From assembly GCA_031387825.1 (NCBI GenBank), contig JANNDO010000038.1:16114-80113 (forward strand): a stretch of 64,000 nt of DNA, written 5' to 3'. A model generated the notes under the pieces. The model did no database searches. It was not told where the DNA came from and saw only the letters and a program-made list of their open reading frames with translations. Positions 48,579 to 57,650 of the stretch are shown piece by piece. Position numbers and translations under genes: made by a program. Each line of letters starts with the position of its first letter. Within the stretch, counting starts at the first letter, position 1. Source of the stretch: Chitinophagaceae bacterium. GTDB taxonomy: Bacteria > Bacteroidota > Bacteroidia > Chitinophagales > Chitinophagaceae.

Positions 48579-50714
48579 TTAATAGAACTTACTTCTGTTA
48601 TCTTTTATGCTGGCTTTTTTACGTATTCCCTCAAACCAGTTTGAAGTAACCTGGCCACGTAACATGCTTATTTGCTGAGTTCTAAATTGTGTTGTTTCTT
48701 CTGCAGTATTTGCTGCCTTGCCTGCTATACTGTTTAATTTAAAAACATATACGCCGGTTTTTCCTGCAATAGGTTCTGAAACCTTATTCATGTTGGCCTT
48801 ATTAATGCTTGCTCCAATTAATTTTGGTTCGAACCCAATGCCCTTAATTTCCTGCGCCTTGAATGTTAGAGATGAGTCCTGGCCTGCGGTTAAAACTTCT
48901 TTACTATAAACAGCGGCTGCGCTCTCTAATGTCGTTTTGCCGTTTAGTTTTTTTATTATTTCTGCAGCTTTCTTTTCATCCCTGATCACACCCTCGGCCA
49001 TTGGTCTTGCAGTAGCTGCGTCCTGCGTTCCCTCTTCCTGTATTTTATCTACAACGGCTACCACAAATTGATCTCCTATACTGTAAGGGTCGCTAACCTC
49101 TCCTTTCTTTGCGTCAAATATCCAGCGCACCAGTTGTCTTGCTTCCTGCAATTGTCCAACCTGGGCATCGTTTTCTTTTATTAAGCCGGGGTTAGTTATC
49201 TTTTGTATTCCGTTTTTCTTTAAATAAGCATCAAAGTTTTTTGGGTCTTTTTCTGCAGAAAGTTTTGTGGCTTCAAGACTGGCTTTATTGATTGTCTCCT
49301 CGCTGGCCAGTATTTCTTTAGCCATGAAGCCAATTTTATATGCCGGGCTCTGTCCTTTTTGTTTCAACACTTCAATTATATGATATCCGAATTGTGTTTT
49401 TACAATATCTCTCGACCCTTCTGGTTTTGTAAATACAAATTCATTAAATTCGGGAACCATTTGTCCGTAATAAATACTGGGGTATTCACCTCCCTTGTCT
49501 TTACTACCCTCATCTGTTGAGAATTGTTTTACCATAGTGCCAAAATCAGCACCGGCTTTAATTGCATTGAAAATACTATCTGCCTGCTTTTTTGCAATGC
49601 TATCTTCTAAAATTGGTTGGCCGTTTTGCGGGTTAACAGTACCAATTAGTATATGTCTGGCTTTTACACTGTCTGGCAAAGTTTTGCTTCCCAGTGTTTT
49701 TGCAAGTACATAATTTCCCTGGTCTACATAAGGGCCATATACTGTTCCTGCAGGAAATTTTACAATAGTATCAATTGCTATGCTTTTTATTTTTGATTTG
49801 GGTAAGTAGTTGGTATCAAAGTCAATGGCAGAAGTATTTCTGGCTAAAAAGGTTTTTACATTGGTTTCATTAATAAATTCTGCTTTTAATGATTCGATTA
49901 CAGCTTTTGTTCTTGTACTGTCAGCTGCATTTGGTAATTGGCTGAAAGCAACATAAGAAATCATTCGTCCTTCTTCCTGCTTAAACAGGTCTTTATTCTT
50001 TTTAACATATTTTTCAATCTCTGCATCGCTTACTTTAATAGTACTGTCTGCAATAATATTATAAGGAATGGCAACATAGCTTATATTGGCAAAGTTTTTA
50101 TTTTCCATAATATCTTTTTCCTCCATCCAGGCCGGGTAATAGGCACTGGCGTTTAAAAGAGCCAGATATTTTGTAGATACGCTTGCAATTTTTTGTGGGT
50201 CAATTACTTGTGCATCAATCATATCTCTTTGTTCGCCTTTCATTTTCTTGATATTACTAATAGCCTGGCTTACTTTACTCATATCAAGCATTCCGGTTGC
50301 GGGGTCTACCATTTGCTTATCCTGCATTAGTGGGTTAGATGGATCATTACTTGTTAAAACAGCATTAAGCTCTTTTGAAGTAAAATCAATTCCCAGTTTA
50401 GCCGCTTCATCATAAAATATTCTTTCTACCGTCATTTGGTTCCAGACCTGGTCACGTATCTGTCCAGAACGGGATGTACTCACCTTTGATCCGGATTGTT
50501 GTTCTTCCTGAGTCTCAATAACTTTTACCTTCTTATTAAACTCATCCAGCTCAATAGTTTTTCCGTTTACTTTACCAATACTGCCAGATGCGGAACTAAA
50601 CATGTTATTACTACCCTGTTTGGCATCCATCAGTATAAAACCTATTAAGCTCAATGATATTACCACAATTACGATTGCAGCTCCTTTTTCACGAATTCCC
50701 TGAATAATTTGCAT
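48579..50714 (-). CDS. ppiD: Membrane-anchored periplasmic chaperone/PPIase
   Basis: N-terminal MQIIQGIR plus TM anchor, SurA-like N domain, and parvulin domain (ARHILI, KTQFGYHII). Confidence 0.88.
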   Translation of the reverse strand: MQIIQGIREKGAAIVIVVISLSLIGFILMDAKQGSNNMFSSASGSIGKVNGKTIELDEFNKKVKVIETQEEQQSGSKVSTSRSGQIRDQVWNQMTVERIFYDEAAKLGIDFTSKELNAVLTSNDPSNPLMQDKQMVDPATGMLDMSKVSQAISNIKKMKGEQRDMIDAQVIDPQKIASVSTKYLALLNASAYYPAWMEEKDIMENKNFANISYVAIPYNIIADSTIKVSDAEIEKYVKKNKDLFKQEEGRMISYVAFSQLPNAADSTRTKAVIESLKAEFINETNVKTFLARNTSAIDFDTNYLPKSKIKSIAIDTIVKFPAGTVYGPYVDQGNYVLAKTLGSKTLPDSVKARHILIGTVNPQNGQPILEDSIAKKQADSIFNAIKAGADFGTMVKQFSTDEGSKDKGGEYPSIYYGQMVPEFNEFVFTKPEGSRDIVKTQFGYHIIEVLKQKGQSPAYKIGFMAKEILASEETINKASLEATKLSAEKDPKNFDAYLKKNGIQKITNPGLIKENDAQVGQLQEARQLVRWIFDAKKGEVSDPYSIGDQFVVAVVDKIQEEGTQDAATARPMAEGVIRDEKKAAEIIKKLNGKTTLESAAAVYSKEVLTAGQDSSLTFKAQEIKGIGFEPKLIGASINKANMNKVSEPIAGKTGVYVFKLNSIAGKAANTAEETTQFRTQQISMLRGQVTSNWFEGIRKKASIKDNRSKFY

Positions 50715-50740
50715 ACTTGTTATTTAATTAAAATGGAGGG

Positions 50741-50748
50741 CAAAAATA
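50741..50748 (-). promoter_or_regulatory. -7 promoter element (TATTTTTG) for ppiD
   Basis: CAAAAATA on the + strand, 26 nt from the start codon. Confidence 0.6.
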
Positions 50749-50749
50749 G

Positions 50750-51292
50750 GGTAAAATTAGATAGATTAGGTTATTTAAGGTTATTAAACCCATTAAAATA
50801 GCTATTAATCAGTCAAAACGGGGCTTATTGGGCTTTTATTAGAATACACAAAAAAGAATTCTTTTTTCCTGGTTTTGGGTTTTACACATAATCTTGTTGG
50901 TAAACCCATATTACTGTTGGTAATCACATAATTTAAGCCTAAAAAATATGCGAAAAATGAGTAAATATTTAAGAAAGACCTGATCAATTATTTTTTGTGG
51001 TACAAACTTATTGTTTATACAATAAGTATTAACAGGGCTTAATTAATAATATTAAATTTTTCTTTCCCCATAAACAATTATTAACCGGTGTGTATAAAGA
51101 TAAACTAATGGGGTAAACAGGTTACTTATAGCAGCTGCTTAACTCATCTATTTAAATGTTAATTTACTGTGGATGAGTGTTAATAAATTAAAGGTTTTAA
51201 TTTTGTAACAAGTTTATCAATTATTCTATCCACAAATTAACAGCCCTAGTAGTAATAGATGATTATATAAATAAATAGTATTAATACATATT
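50750..51292. other. Putative chromosomal replication origin (oriC)
   Basis: AT-rich 578-bp gap. Perfect TTWTNCACA boxes at 50880-50888 (+) and 51089-51097 (-). One-mismatch boxes at 51168-51176 (-), 51178-51186 (-) and 51226-51234 (+). Box-box-GCCC-trio-AT-rich module at 51226-51292. parS and mnmG nearby. Confidence 0.8.
51226..51292 (+). promoter_or_regulatory. Basal unwinding system-like module (tandem DnaA boxes, GC clamp, DnaA-trios, AT-rich DUE)
   Basis: CTATCCACA AATTAACA GCCC TAGTAGTAATAGATGAT TATATAAATAAAT. Confidence 0.72.
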
Positions 51293-52297
51293 ATGGTAGA
51301 TATTAACACTGCAAAATCAACAATTAAAACCAGGGGTTTTCTGGATGTCAGTATTGACCCTAACCTTGATTTGTTTGCAGAGATAGAGTCGTTGAAAAAG
51401 GAAAAGAACGCAATCATTCTGGCACATTATTACCAGGAGCCGGATATACAGGATGTTGCTGATTATATAGGTGATAGTTTAGGTCTTGCACAAAAGGCAG
51501 AGAAAACAATTGCGGATATGATTATTTTTGCCGGAGTTCATTTTATGGCTGAAACTGCAAAGATCCTTAACCCATCTAAAAAAGTATTATTACCTGATTT
51601 AAATGCTGGTTGTTCATTAAGTGATTCGGCACCCCCACCATTATTTAAGTTATTTAAGGAAAAACATCCTGGCCATATAGTTGTAACCTATATTAATTGT
51701 TCTGCCGGTATTAAGGCACTAAGTGATATAATCTGTACTTCTTCTAATGCTCAAAAAATCGTTGAAAGCTTACCGGCAGACCAGCCAATAATTTTCGCTC
51801 CAGATAAGAACCTTGGGGCTTATATTAATAAGCAGACGGGTAGAAATATGGTATTATGGAATGGTGCCTGCATGGTTCATGAAATATTTAGTATGGAGAA
51901 AATTTTAAAATTAAAAATACGTCATCCAAAAGCTAAAGTAATTGCTCATCCGGAATGTGAAGCTCAGGTTTTAACTCTTGCTGATTTTATCGGTAGCACA
52001 ACCGGTTTATTGAATTATACCCAGAAAAGTGAAGCTCAGGAATTTATTGTTGCAACCGAAACGGGTATTTTACACCAAATGCAAAAATATAATCCATATA
52101 AAATTTTTATACCTGCACCCCCTAATAATAATTGTGCATGCAATGATTGCCCACATATGAAATTAAACACCCTTGAAAAATTATATTTGTGCTTAAAGTA
52201 TGAACTACCGGAAATTGAGATGGACGAATCACTACTGAAGGCAGCAAAGAAGCCAATAGATACGATGTTAAAAATAAGTGCTCAATATGGATTATAA
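51293..52297 (+). CDS. nadA: Quinolinate synthase
   Basis: [38 protein letters not shown] and CPHMKLNT. Confidence 0.97.
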   Translation: MVDINTAKSTIKTRGFLDVSIDPNLDLFAEIESLKKEKNAIILAHYYQEPDIQDVADYIGDSLGLAQKAEKTIADMIIFAGVHFMAETAKILNPSKKVLLPDLNAGCSLSDSAPPPLFKLFKEKHPGHIVVTYINCSAGIKALSDIICTSSNAQKIVESLPADQPIIFAPDKNLGAYINKQTGRNMVLWNGACMVHEIFSMEKILKLKIRHPKAKVIAHPECEAQVLTLADFIGSTTGLLNYTQKSEAQEFIVATETGILHQMQKYNPYKIFIPAPPNNNCACNDCPHMKLNTLEKLYLCLKYELPEIEMDESLLKAAKKPIDTMLKISAQYGL

Positions 52298-52460
52298 TAT
52301 TATAAAAAAATAATAGAGCGTGGTTTAATAATCTGTCAAATTTTTGTAGATAAGGAGTTGACTTAAATTTTCTACCATAGATTGGTACTCCTTAAAGTAT
52401 GATTACTGTAAAAAGGAAAAGTTGGTATTAGTGCAGAAGAATTACTGAAAAAAAGGAAAT

Positions 52461-52492
52461 TTTGTAGTTTCTAATAATCAAAACTACATTCG
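52461..52492 (+). promoter_or_regulatory. chrA promoter (TTTG-N20-TACATTCG) overlapped by an 8-bp inverted repeat
   Basis: TGTAGTTT (52463-52470) and AAACTACA (52481-52488) with a 10-nt spacer. Confidence 0.5.
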
Positions 52493-52521
52493 TAAGAAAT
52501 AAATAATTACAAACTCTCTAT

Positions 52522-53775
52522 GTGATGAATCTGTTGCGGCATATCCCTTTCTTAAAAGCTGTGTTCGTGCATAGTATTTCCGCATTTGGAGGACCACAAG
52601 GACACACAGGAATGGTTTTAAAGACCTTTGTAGAGCGTAGAAGGGATCTTACAAAAGAAGAGCTGATGGAATATATTTCTTTTTGCCAGCTTTTACCGGG
52701 TGCTTCATCAACTCAAACACTAACTCTTATTGGATATAAACGGGGAGGAGTAAAGTTAGCAGTTCTTACTCTTGTTATTTGGATATTACCAGCGTGTACA
52801 TTAATGGGGGGGTTATCTTTTATTGTAGGTAGTATTGAAAAAGAAGATATTCAGACAAGCCTGTTTCAGTTTATTCAACCAATGGCAATTGGCTTTTTAG
52901 TATATGCTGCAGTTAACGCATTTCATATAAGCGTTAAAAACCAAATCACAAGAATTATTATGTTCATTGCGTTGGTTGGCACATATTTATTTTTTAAAAC
53001 CCCCTGGATAATTCCGATATTAATTATATCTGGAGGTGTTGTAACAAATTTCAGCAATAAACGTATTCCGGAAAAAGAGATTATAAAACCAAAACAAATT
53101 CGATGGACAAACATCTGGCTTTTTGTACTGATTTTTGCAATAGCAGGAATATTAAGCGAAACGGCGAGAAAACAAAACTGGGAGAACAAAAAGAGGTATA
53201 ATTTATTTGAAAATTTTTATCGTTTCGGAAGTTTTGTTTTTGGAGGAGGAGACGTTTTAATTCCTTTAATGCTTGACCAGTATGTTGTAAGGCCCACATC
53301 AGAAAAAGTTGTAAAGAAAAACGCTGATGTATTAAAATTAGACAGAGAAGAACTATTAACAGGAGCTGGAATAGTAAGGGCAATCCCGGGCCCGGTTTTT
53401 TCAATTGCATCATTTATGGGGGGAATAGTATTAAAAAAAGAGGGTACAAGGGGCCAGCTGTTGGGTTGTATAATTGGCTCTATTGCTATATTTCTTCCTA
53501 GTGCACTTCTAGTACTCTTTTTTTTTCCGGTCTGGCAACAACTAAAAAAATTTGTAATTGTATATAGGTCACTTGAAGGAATTAATGCTGCAGTAGTCGG
53601 AATCATGATAGCAGCAACTCTTTATTTGTTAAAAGACGTTTCTATTGTTTCTTTTAATATAATTAGCCTGGTAAATATCAGTGTTATAGCCGGTACATTT
53701 TTAGCTCTTCAATTTTCAAAAACCCCCCCCCCACTTATTGTTCTGTTTTGTTTACTAATTGGCTGGATTTTTTAA
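52522..53775 (+). CDS. chrA: Chromate ion transporter (CHR family, long chain)
   Basis: AFGGP, QLLPG, FVFGGG and AIPGP repeated in two halves. Confidence 0.9.
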   Translation: MMNLLRHIPFLKAVFVHSISAFGGPQGHTGMVLKTFVERRRDLTKEELMEYISFCQLLPGASSTQTLTLIGYKRGGVKLAVLTLVIWILPACTLMGGLSFIVGSIEKEDIQTSLFQFIQPMAIGFLVYAAVNAFHISVKNQITRIIMFIALVGTYLFFKTPWIIPILIISGGVVTNFSNKRIPEKEIIKPKQIRWTNIWLFVLIFAIAGILSETARKQNWENKKRYNLFENFYRFGSFVFGGGDVLIPLMLDQYVVRPTSEKVVKKNADVLKLDREELLTGAGIVRAIPGPVFSIASFMGGIVLKKEGTRGQLLGCIIGSIAIFLPSALLVLFFFPVWQQLKKFVIVYRSLEGINAAVVGIMIAATLYLLKDVSIVSFNIISLVNISVIAGTFLALQFSKTPPPLIVLFCLLIGWIF

Positions 53776-54348
53776 TCAGGTGCGGTAATATCCCCATTTT
53801 TCAATCTCTTCTTTAACAGAGTCAGGCACAAAAAAGCGAATTGACTTTCCGTGTTTAATAAACTCACGTATAAGTGTAGAAGAAATTTGAAGTAACGGGC
53901 CGTTAATTATGTTAATTTTGGCACCGAACGTTTCTTCTATATCAAACCCCGGTCTCTTATAAATATAAAAGAGATGATTTTTTACAATAGTTTCATAATT
54001 CTTCCATTTATTAAGATTCCTAAAACCATCACTCCCCATTATAATAGAAAATTCGTGCTCTGGAAATTTTTCTTTTAAATAAGATAAACTATCAACAGTA
54101 TATGATGGTTTGGGTAGGCTAAACTCAACATTACTAGCCTTTAAATTCTTCTCACCATCTATAGCGGTCTTTATCATATGTAACCTATGATACATATTCA
54201 ACAAATTTGTTGATTTTTTGAATGGGTTTTGTGGAGAAACAACAAACCAGACCTGGTTCAAATCAGAAGACATTAAGGAATAATTTGCAACAATTAGGTG
54301 TCCAACATGGACAGGGTTAAAGGAACCAAAATAAAGTCCAATTTTCAT
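53776..54348 (-). CDS. nadD: Nicotinate-nucleotide adenylyltransferase
   Basis: GSFNPVHVGH, SPQNPFK, PSYT, IMGSD and ISST. Confidence 0.95.
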   Translation of the reverse strand: MKIGLYFGSFNPVHVGHLIVANYSLMSSDLNQVWFVVSPQNPFKKSTNLLNMYHRLHMIKTAIDGEKNLKASNVEFSLPKPSYTVDSLSYLKEKFPEHEFSIIMGSDGFRNLNKWKNYETIVKNHLFYIYKRPGFDIEETFGAKINIINGPLLQISSTLIREFIKHGKSIRFFVPDSVKEEIEKWGYYRT

Positions 54349-54378
54349 AAAGAGTTAAAAATCAAAGTAATAAAAAAG

Positions 54379-54615
54379 TTAGACAACCAGCACCTCTTCT
54401 ACCCATATCATTTCCGCCTCATCTAAACGAAGGCTTAACCGATATCCAGCTATGGTTATTGAGATTGGATCCCCCAGGGGAGCAACTTGATCTACTCTTA
54501 CTATTTCACCAGGAATACACCCCATTTCCATAAGTTTCAAAAAGAGATCATTAGTTTCAAATTCTTTTATAACCGCATTAGACCCTGCGGCCATTTCAGA
54601 TAATTTTTTTTTCAT
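54379..54615 (-). CDS. feoA: FeoA family protein
   Basis: KLMEMGCIPG, APLGDP and SLRLDEA. Confidence 0.92.
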   Translation of the reverse strand: MKKKLSEMAAGSNAVIKEFETNDLFLKLMEMGCIPGEIVRVDQVAPLGDPISITIAGYRLSLRLDEAEMIWVEEVLVV

Positions 54616-54705
54616 TTATTTTATCAAATCATTTCAACCATAATTAAATTATTACAAATGTATCAAATCAATATTGTTGTATAATTTCGATATTAGAAAA
54701 TCCCA

Positions 54706-55131
54706 ATGCAAAAAATACAGTTTATTAATCATAAAAGAAATCCGGACCTTAGAAATAAAAAGCTCCTAAAGGTTTTTATTCTCGAATTATTTGCAAAGGA
54801 GAGAAAAAAAATAAAAAAAATAACATATATATTTTGCTCTGATAAACAAATTATTAATATTAATAAAATCTTTTTAAAACATAATTATTATACTGATATT
54901 ATTAGTTTTGATTTATCGCAACTGCCAGAGGAGACAGAAGCAGAAATTTATATAAGCATAGACAGGGTAAAGGATAACGCTTCAAAAGAAGGGGTGTCTT
55001 TTAATGAAGAGCTACATAGGGTGATTTTTCACGGAGCCCTTCATTTTTGTGGTTATAATGACAAAAAAAGAGAAGAGGCAAAGGAAATGAGAAAAAAAGA
55101 AAACCAATATCTTAATAAGTATTTTGAATAA
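54706..55131 (+). CDS. ybeY: rRNA maturation endoribonuclease YbeY
   Basis: YTDIISF, EIYIS and zinc motif HGALHFCGYND. Confidence 0.93.
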   Translation: MQKIQFINHKRNPDLRNKKLLKVFILELFAKERKKIKKITYIFCSDKQIININKIFLKHNYYTDIISFDLSQLPEETEAEIYISIDRVKDNASKEGVSFNEELHRVIFHGALHFCGYNDKKREEAKEMRKKENQYLNKYFE

Positions 55132-55171
55132 AGCTTTTACTTTATGCCAGTTTTGGATAATAAAATTGCTT

Positions 55172-55187
55172 GGTTTCACGTGGAACA
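55172..55187. promoter_or_regulatory. parS centromere-like site
   Basis: GGTTTCACGTGGAACA matches TGTTTCACGTGNAACA at 15/16 positions. Intergenic, just before mnmG. Confidence 0.82.
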
Positions 55188-55246
55188 AATAACCTCTAAA
55201 CCAGATTAAAACTACAAAAAACGATCACTTATCTTTGCTGATTAGA

Positions 55247-57115
55247 ATGTTTCCAAAATACGACATAATAGTAGTGGGCGCCGGCCATGCCGGATGTGAA
55301 TCAGCCGCCGCCGCTGCAAACCTTGGCAGTAAGGTTTTATTGATAACCATGAATTTACAAACGATTGCTCAAATGAGCTGTAACCCAGCTATGGGGGGTA
55401 TTGCCAAGGGGCAAATTGTTCGTGAGATAGACGCAATGGGTGGATATAGCGGGGTGGTTACCGATAAAAGCATGATTCAATTCAGGATGCTGAATAGATC
55501 AAAAGGGCCAGCCATGTGGAGTCCAAGAGCCCAAAGCGACAGAATGTTATTTTCAACCACATGGAGAGAAATGCTTGAGAACACAAAAAACATAGATTTT
55601 TATCAGGATACTGTAACCGGGATATTAGTAAGTGATAAAAAAATAACTGGGGTTTGCACAGGATTAGGGCATAAAATAATGGCAAAATCAGTTATTTTAA
55701 CCAATGGAACTTTTCTTAATGGAGTAATTCATATTGGAGAAAAAAATTTTGGTGGTGGAAGAATGGCAGAAAAACCGTCAATTGGAATTACCGAACAACT
55801 TGTTACTTTAGGGTTTGAATCTGACAGACTAAAAACTGGAACTCCTCCAAGAGTTGATGGCAGGAGCCTTGATTATTCAAAAATGGAAGAACAAAAAGGA
55901 GATGATGAAATTGTAGGGTTTAGCTATTTAAGCCTTAATCTGATTAGGCCAGAGCTGCAAAAAAGTTGTTGGATTACTTATACAAACGAAAAAGCACATA
56001 ACCTTTTAAAAACGGGTTTTGAGAAAAGCCCAATGTACCAAGGAAGAATTCAGGGGACTGGCCCAAGATATTGCCCAAGCATAGAAGATAAAATAAACCG
56101 CTTTTCACAACGGGATAGACATCAATTATTTGTAGAGCCAGAGGGACACAATACTATTGAAATATACGTCAACGGATTCTCCACTTCATTGCCAGAAAAT
56201 GTTCAATATCAATCACTTAGATTAATTCCTGGGTTTGAAAATTGTAAAATGTTCAGGCCAGGATACGCAATAGAATATGATTATTTTCCACCGACACAAC
56301 TTAAACTTAGCCTCGAAACTAAACTAATAGAGAACTTGTTTTTTGCGGGCCAAATAAATGGAACAACCGGTTATGAAGAAGCCGCATGTCAAGGGTTGAT
56401 GGCCGGAATAAACGCCCATCAGAAAGTTAGGGAGCAAAATCCTTTTATTTTAAAACGAAGTGAAGCTTACATTGGTGTTCTAATTGATGATTTGATAAAT
56501 AAAGGCACGGATGAGCCCTACCGTATGTTTACAAGTCGGGCAGAATTCAGGACTTTATTGAGACAGGATAATGCAGATCTGCGGCTTACCGAAAAAGCTT
56601 ATCTATTAGGCCTTGCTTCTCAAGAAAGAATGGATACAGTAAAAACCAAAAGAGAAAATGTCGAAAATATAAAAAAGACACTATCTGTATTAAGTATAGA
56701 GCCTGAAGAATCCTCCCAATATTTAGAGAGCATTCAATCATCAACATTACTTGCCAAACAAAAAGCATCTCAAATTTTATTGAGACCAATGGTTGGAATA
56801 AAAGAAATGATAGAAAATATCCCAAAAGTAAAAGAAACCCTTAGGGATTATGACAATGAAACCCTTGAACAAGCAGAAATACAAATTAAGTACGATACTT
56901 ATATTGAAAAAGAAAAAGAACTGGTTTCAAAAATGAGTCAGCTCGAAGACTTAATAATACCTGATAATTTTAATTATGAAAAATTGGTTTCGCTTAGTAA
57001 CGAAGCCCGGCAGAAGTTTACAAAAATAAAACCAGGAACATTAGGACAAGCATCAAGAATTTCGGGAGTTAATCCAAGTGATGTTCAAATTCTAATGGTT
57101 TTTATGGGAAGATAA
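55247..57115 (+). CDS. mnmG: tRNA uridine-5-carboxymethylaminomethyl(34) synthesis enzyme (GidA)
   Basis: GAGHAGCE, MSCNPAMGG, GPRYCPSIEDK and AGQINGTTGYEEAA. ATG 55247 follows TATCTTTG (55230-55237). Confidence 0.98.
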   Translation: MFPKYDIIVVGAGHAGCESAAAAANLGSKVLLITMNLQTIAQMSCNPAMGGIAKGQIVREIDAMGGYSGVVTDKSMIQFRMLNRSKGPAMWSPRAQSDRMLFSTTWREMLENTKNIDFYQDTVTGILVSDKKITGVCTGLGHKIMAKSVILTNGTFLNGVIHIGEKNFGGGRMAEKPSIGITEQLVTLGFESDRLKTGTPPRVDGRSLDYSKMEEQKGDDEIVGFSYLSLNLIRPELQKSCWITYTNEKAHNLLKTGFEKSPMYQGRIQGTGPRYCPSIEDKINRFSQRDRHQLFVEPEGHNTIEIYVNGFSTSLPENVQYQSLRLIPGFENCKMFRPGYAIEYDYFPPTQLKLSLETKLIENLFFAGQINGTTGYEEAACQGLMAGINAHQKVREQNPFILKRSEAYIGVLIDDLINKGTDEPYRMFTSRAEFRTLLRQDNADLRLTEKAYLLGLASQERMDTVKTKRENVENIKKTLSVLSIEPEESSQYLESIQSSTLLAKQKASQILLRPMVGIKEMIENIPKVKETLRDYDNETLEQAEIQIKYDTYIEKEKELVSKMSQLEDLIIPDNFNYEKLVSLSNEARQKFTKIKPGTLGQASRISGVNPSDVQILMVFMGR

Positions 57116-57127
57116 AATACGAATATT

Positions 57128-57643
57128 ATGAGCCTGAATTTTTTAACAGATACCCCCAAAGAGTTAATATTTGAAACTGTTGCAGAGCACCTGCATCTTA
57201 AAAATTTAAAAATTAATAAGCAGGATAACACGAGGCCCTGGGGCGGATTTTTTGTAATAGATGAAGCAGAGGCAGAAAAATTTATACAATTTTACTTCCC
57301 ACTCCTCACCCAGGAAGAGTTAAATATTTCAGGCAAACTAAGCCCCAAAATATTAGTGGTAGCGCCAAATAAAAGATTAAGCTGGCAGTATCATCATCGA
57401 CGTGCAGAAATCTGGAAATTAATTGGAGGAACTGCAGGAGTTGTAACTAGCGATACTGATGAAGAAAAAGAGACCAGATATTTAGGTATTGGAGATATTG
57501 TTCAACTTAAACAAGGGGAGAGACACAGACTGATTGGCTTAGAAAGCTGGGGAATAATTGCAGAGATCTGGCGCCATACTGATGCTAAAAGCCCCAGTGA
57601 TGAAGATGACATAGTAAGGGTTCAGGATGATTTTGGAAGGTAA
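57128..57643 (+). CDS. Cupin protein, mannose-6-phosphate isomerase type II C-terminal-like
   Basis: RPWGGF, RLSWQYHHRRAEIW, GERHRL and DIVRVQDDFGR. Confidence 0.85.
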   Translation: MSLNFLTDTPKELIFETVAEHLHLKNLKINKQDNTRPWGGFFVIDEAEAEKFIQFYFPLLTQEELNISGKLSPKILVVAPNKRLSWQYHHRRAEIWKLIGGTAGVVTSDTDEEKETRYLGIGDIVQLKQGERHRLIGLESWGIIAEIWRHTDAKSPSDEDDIVRVQDDFGR

Positions 57644-57650
57644 AATTATT

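Noticed and set aside
53890-53917. dif-like XerD arm TTATGTTAATT (53907-53917)
   Set aside because: It lies inside nadD coding sequence and there is no XerC-type arm at the 6-bp spacing, so it does not support a terminus here.
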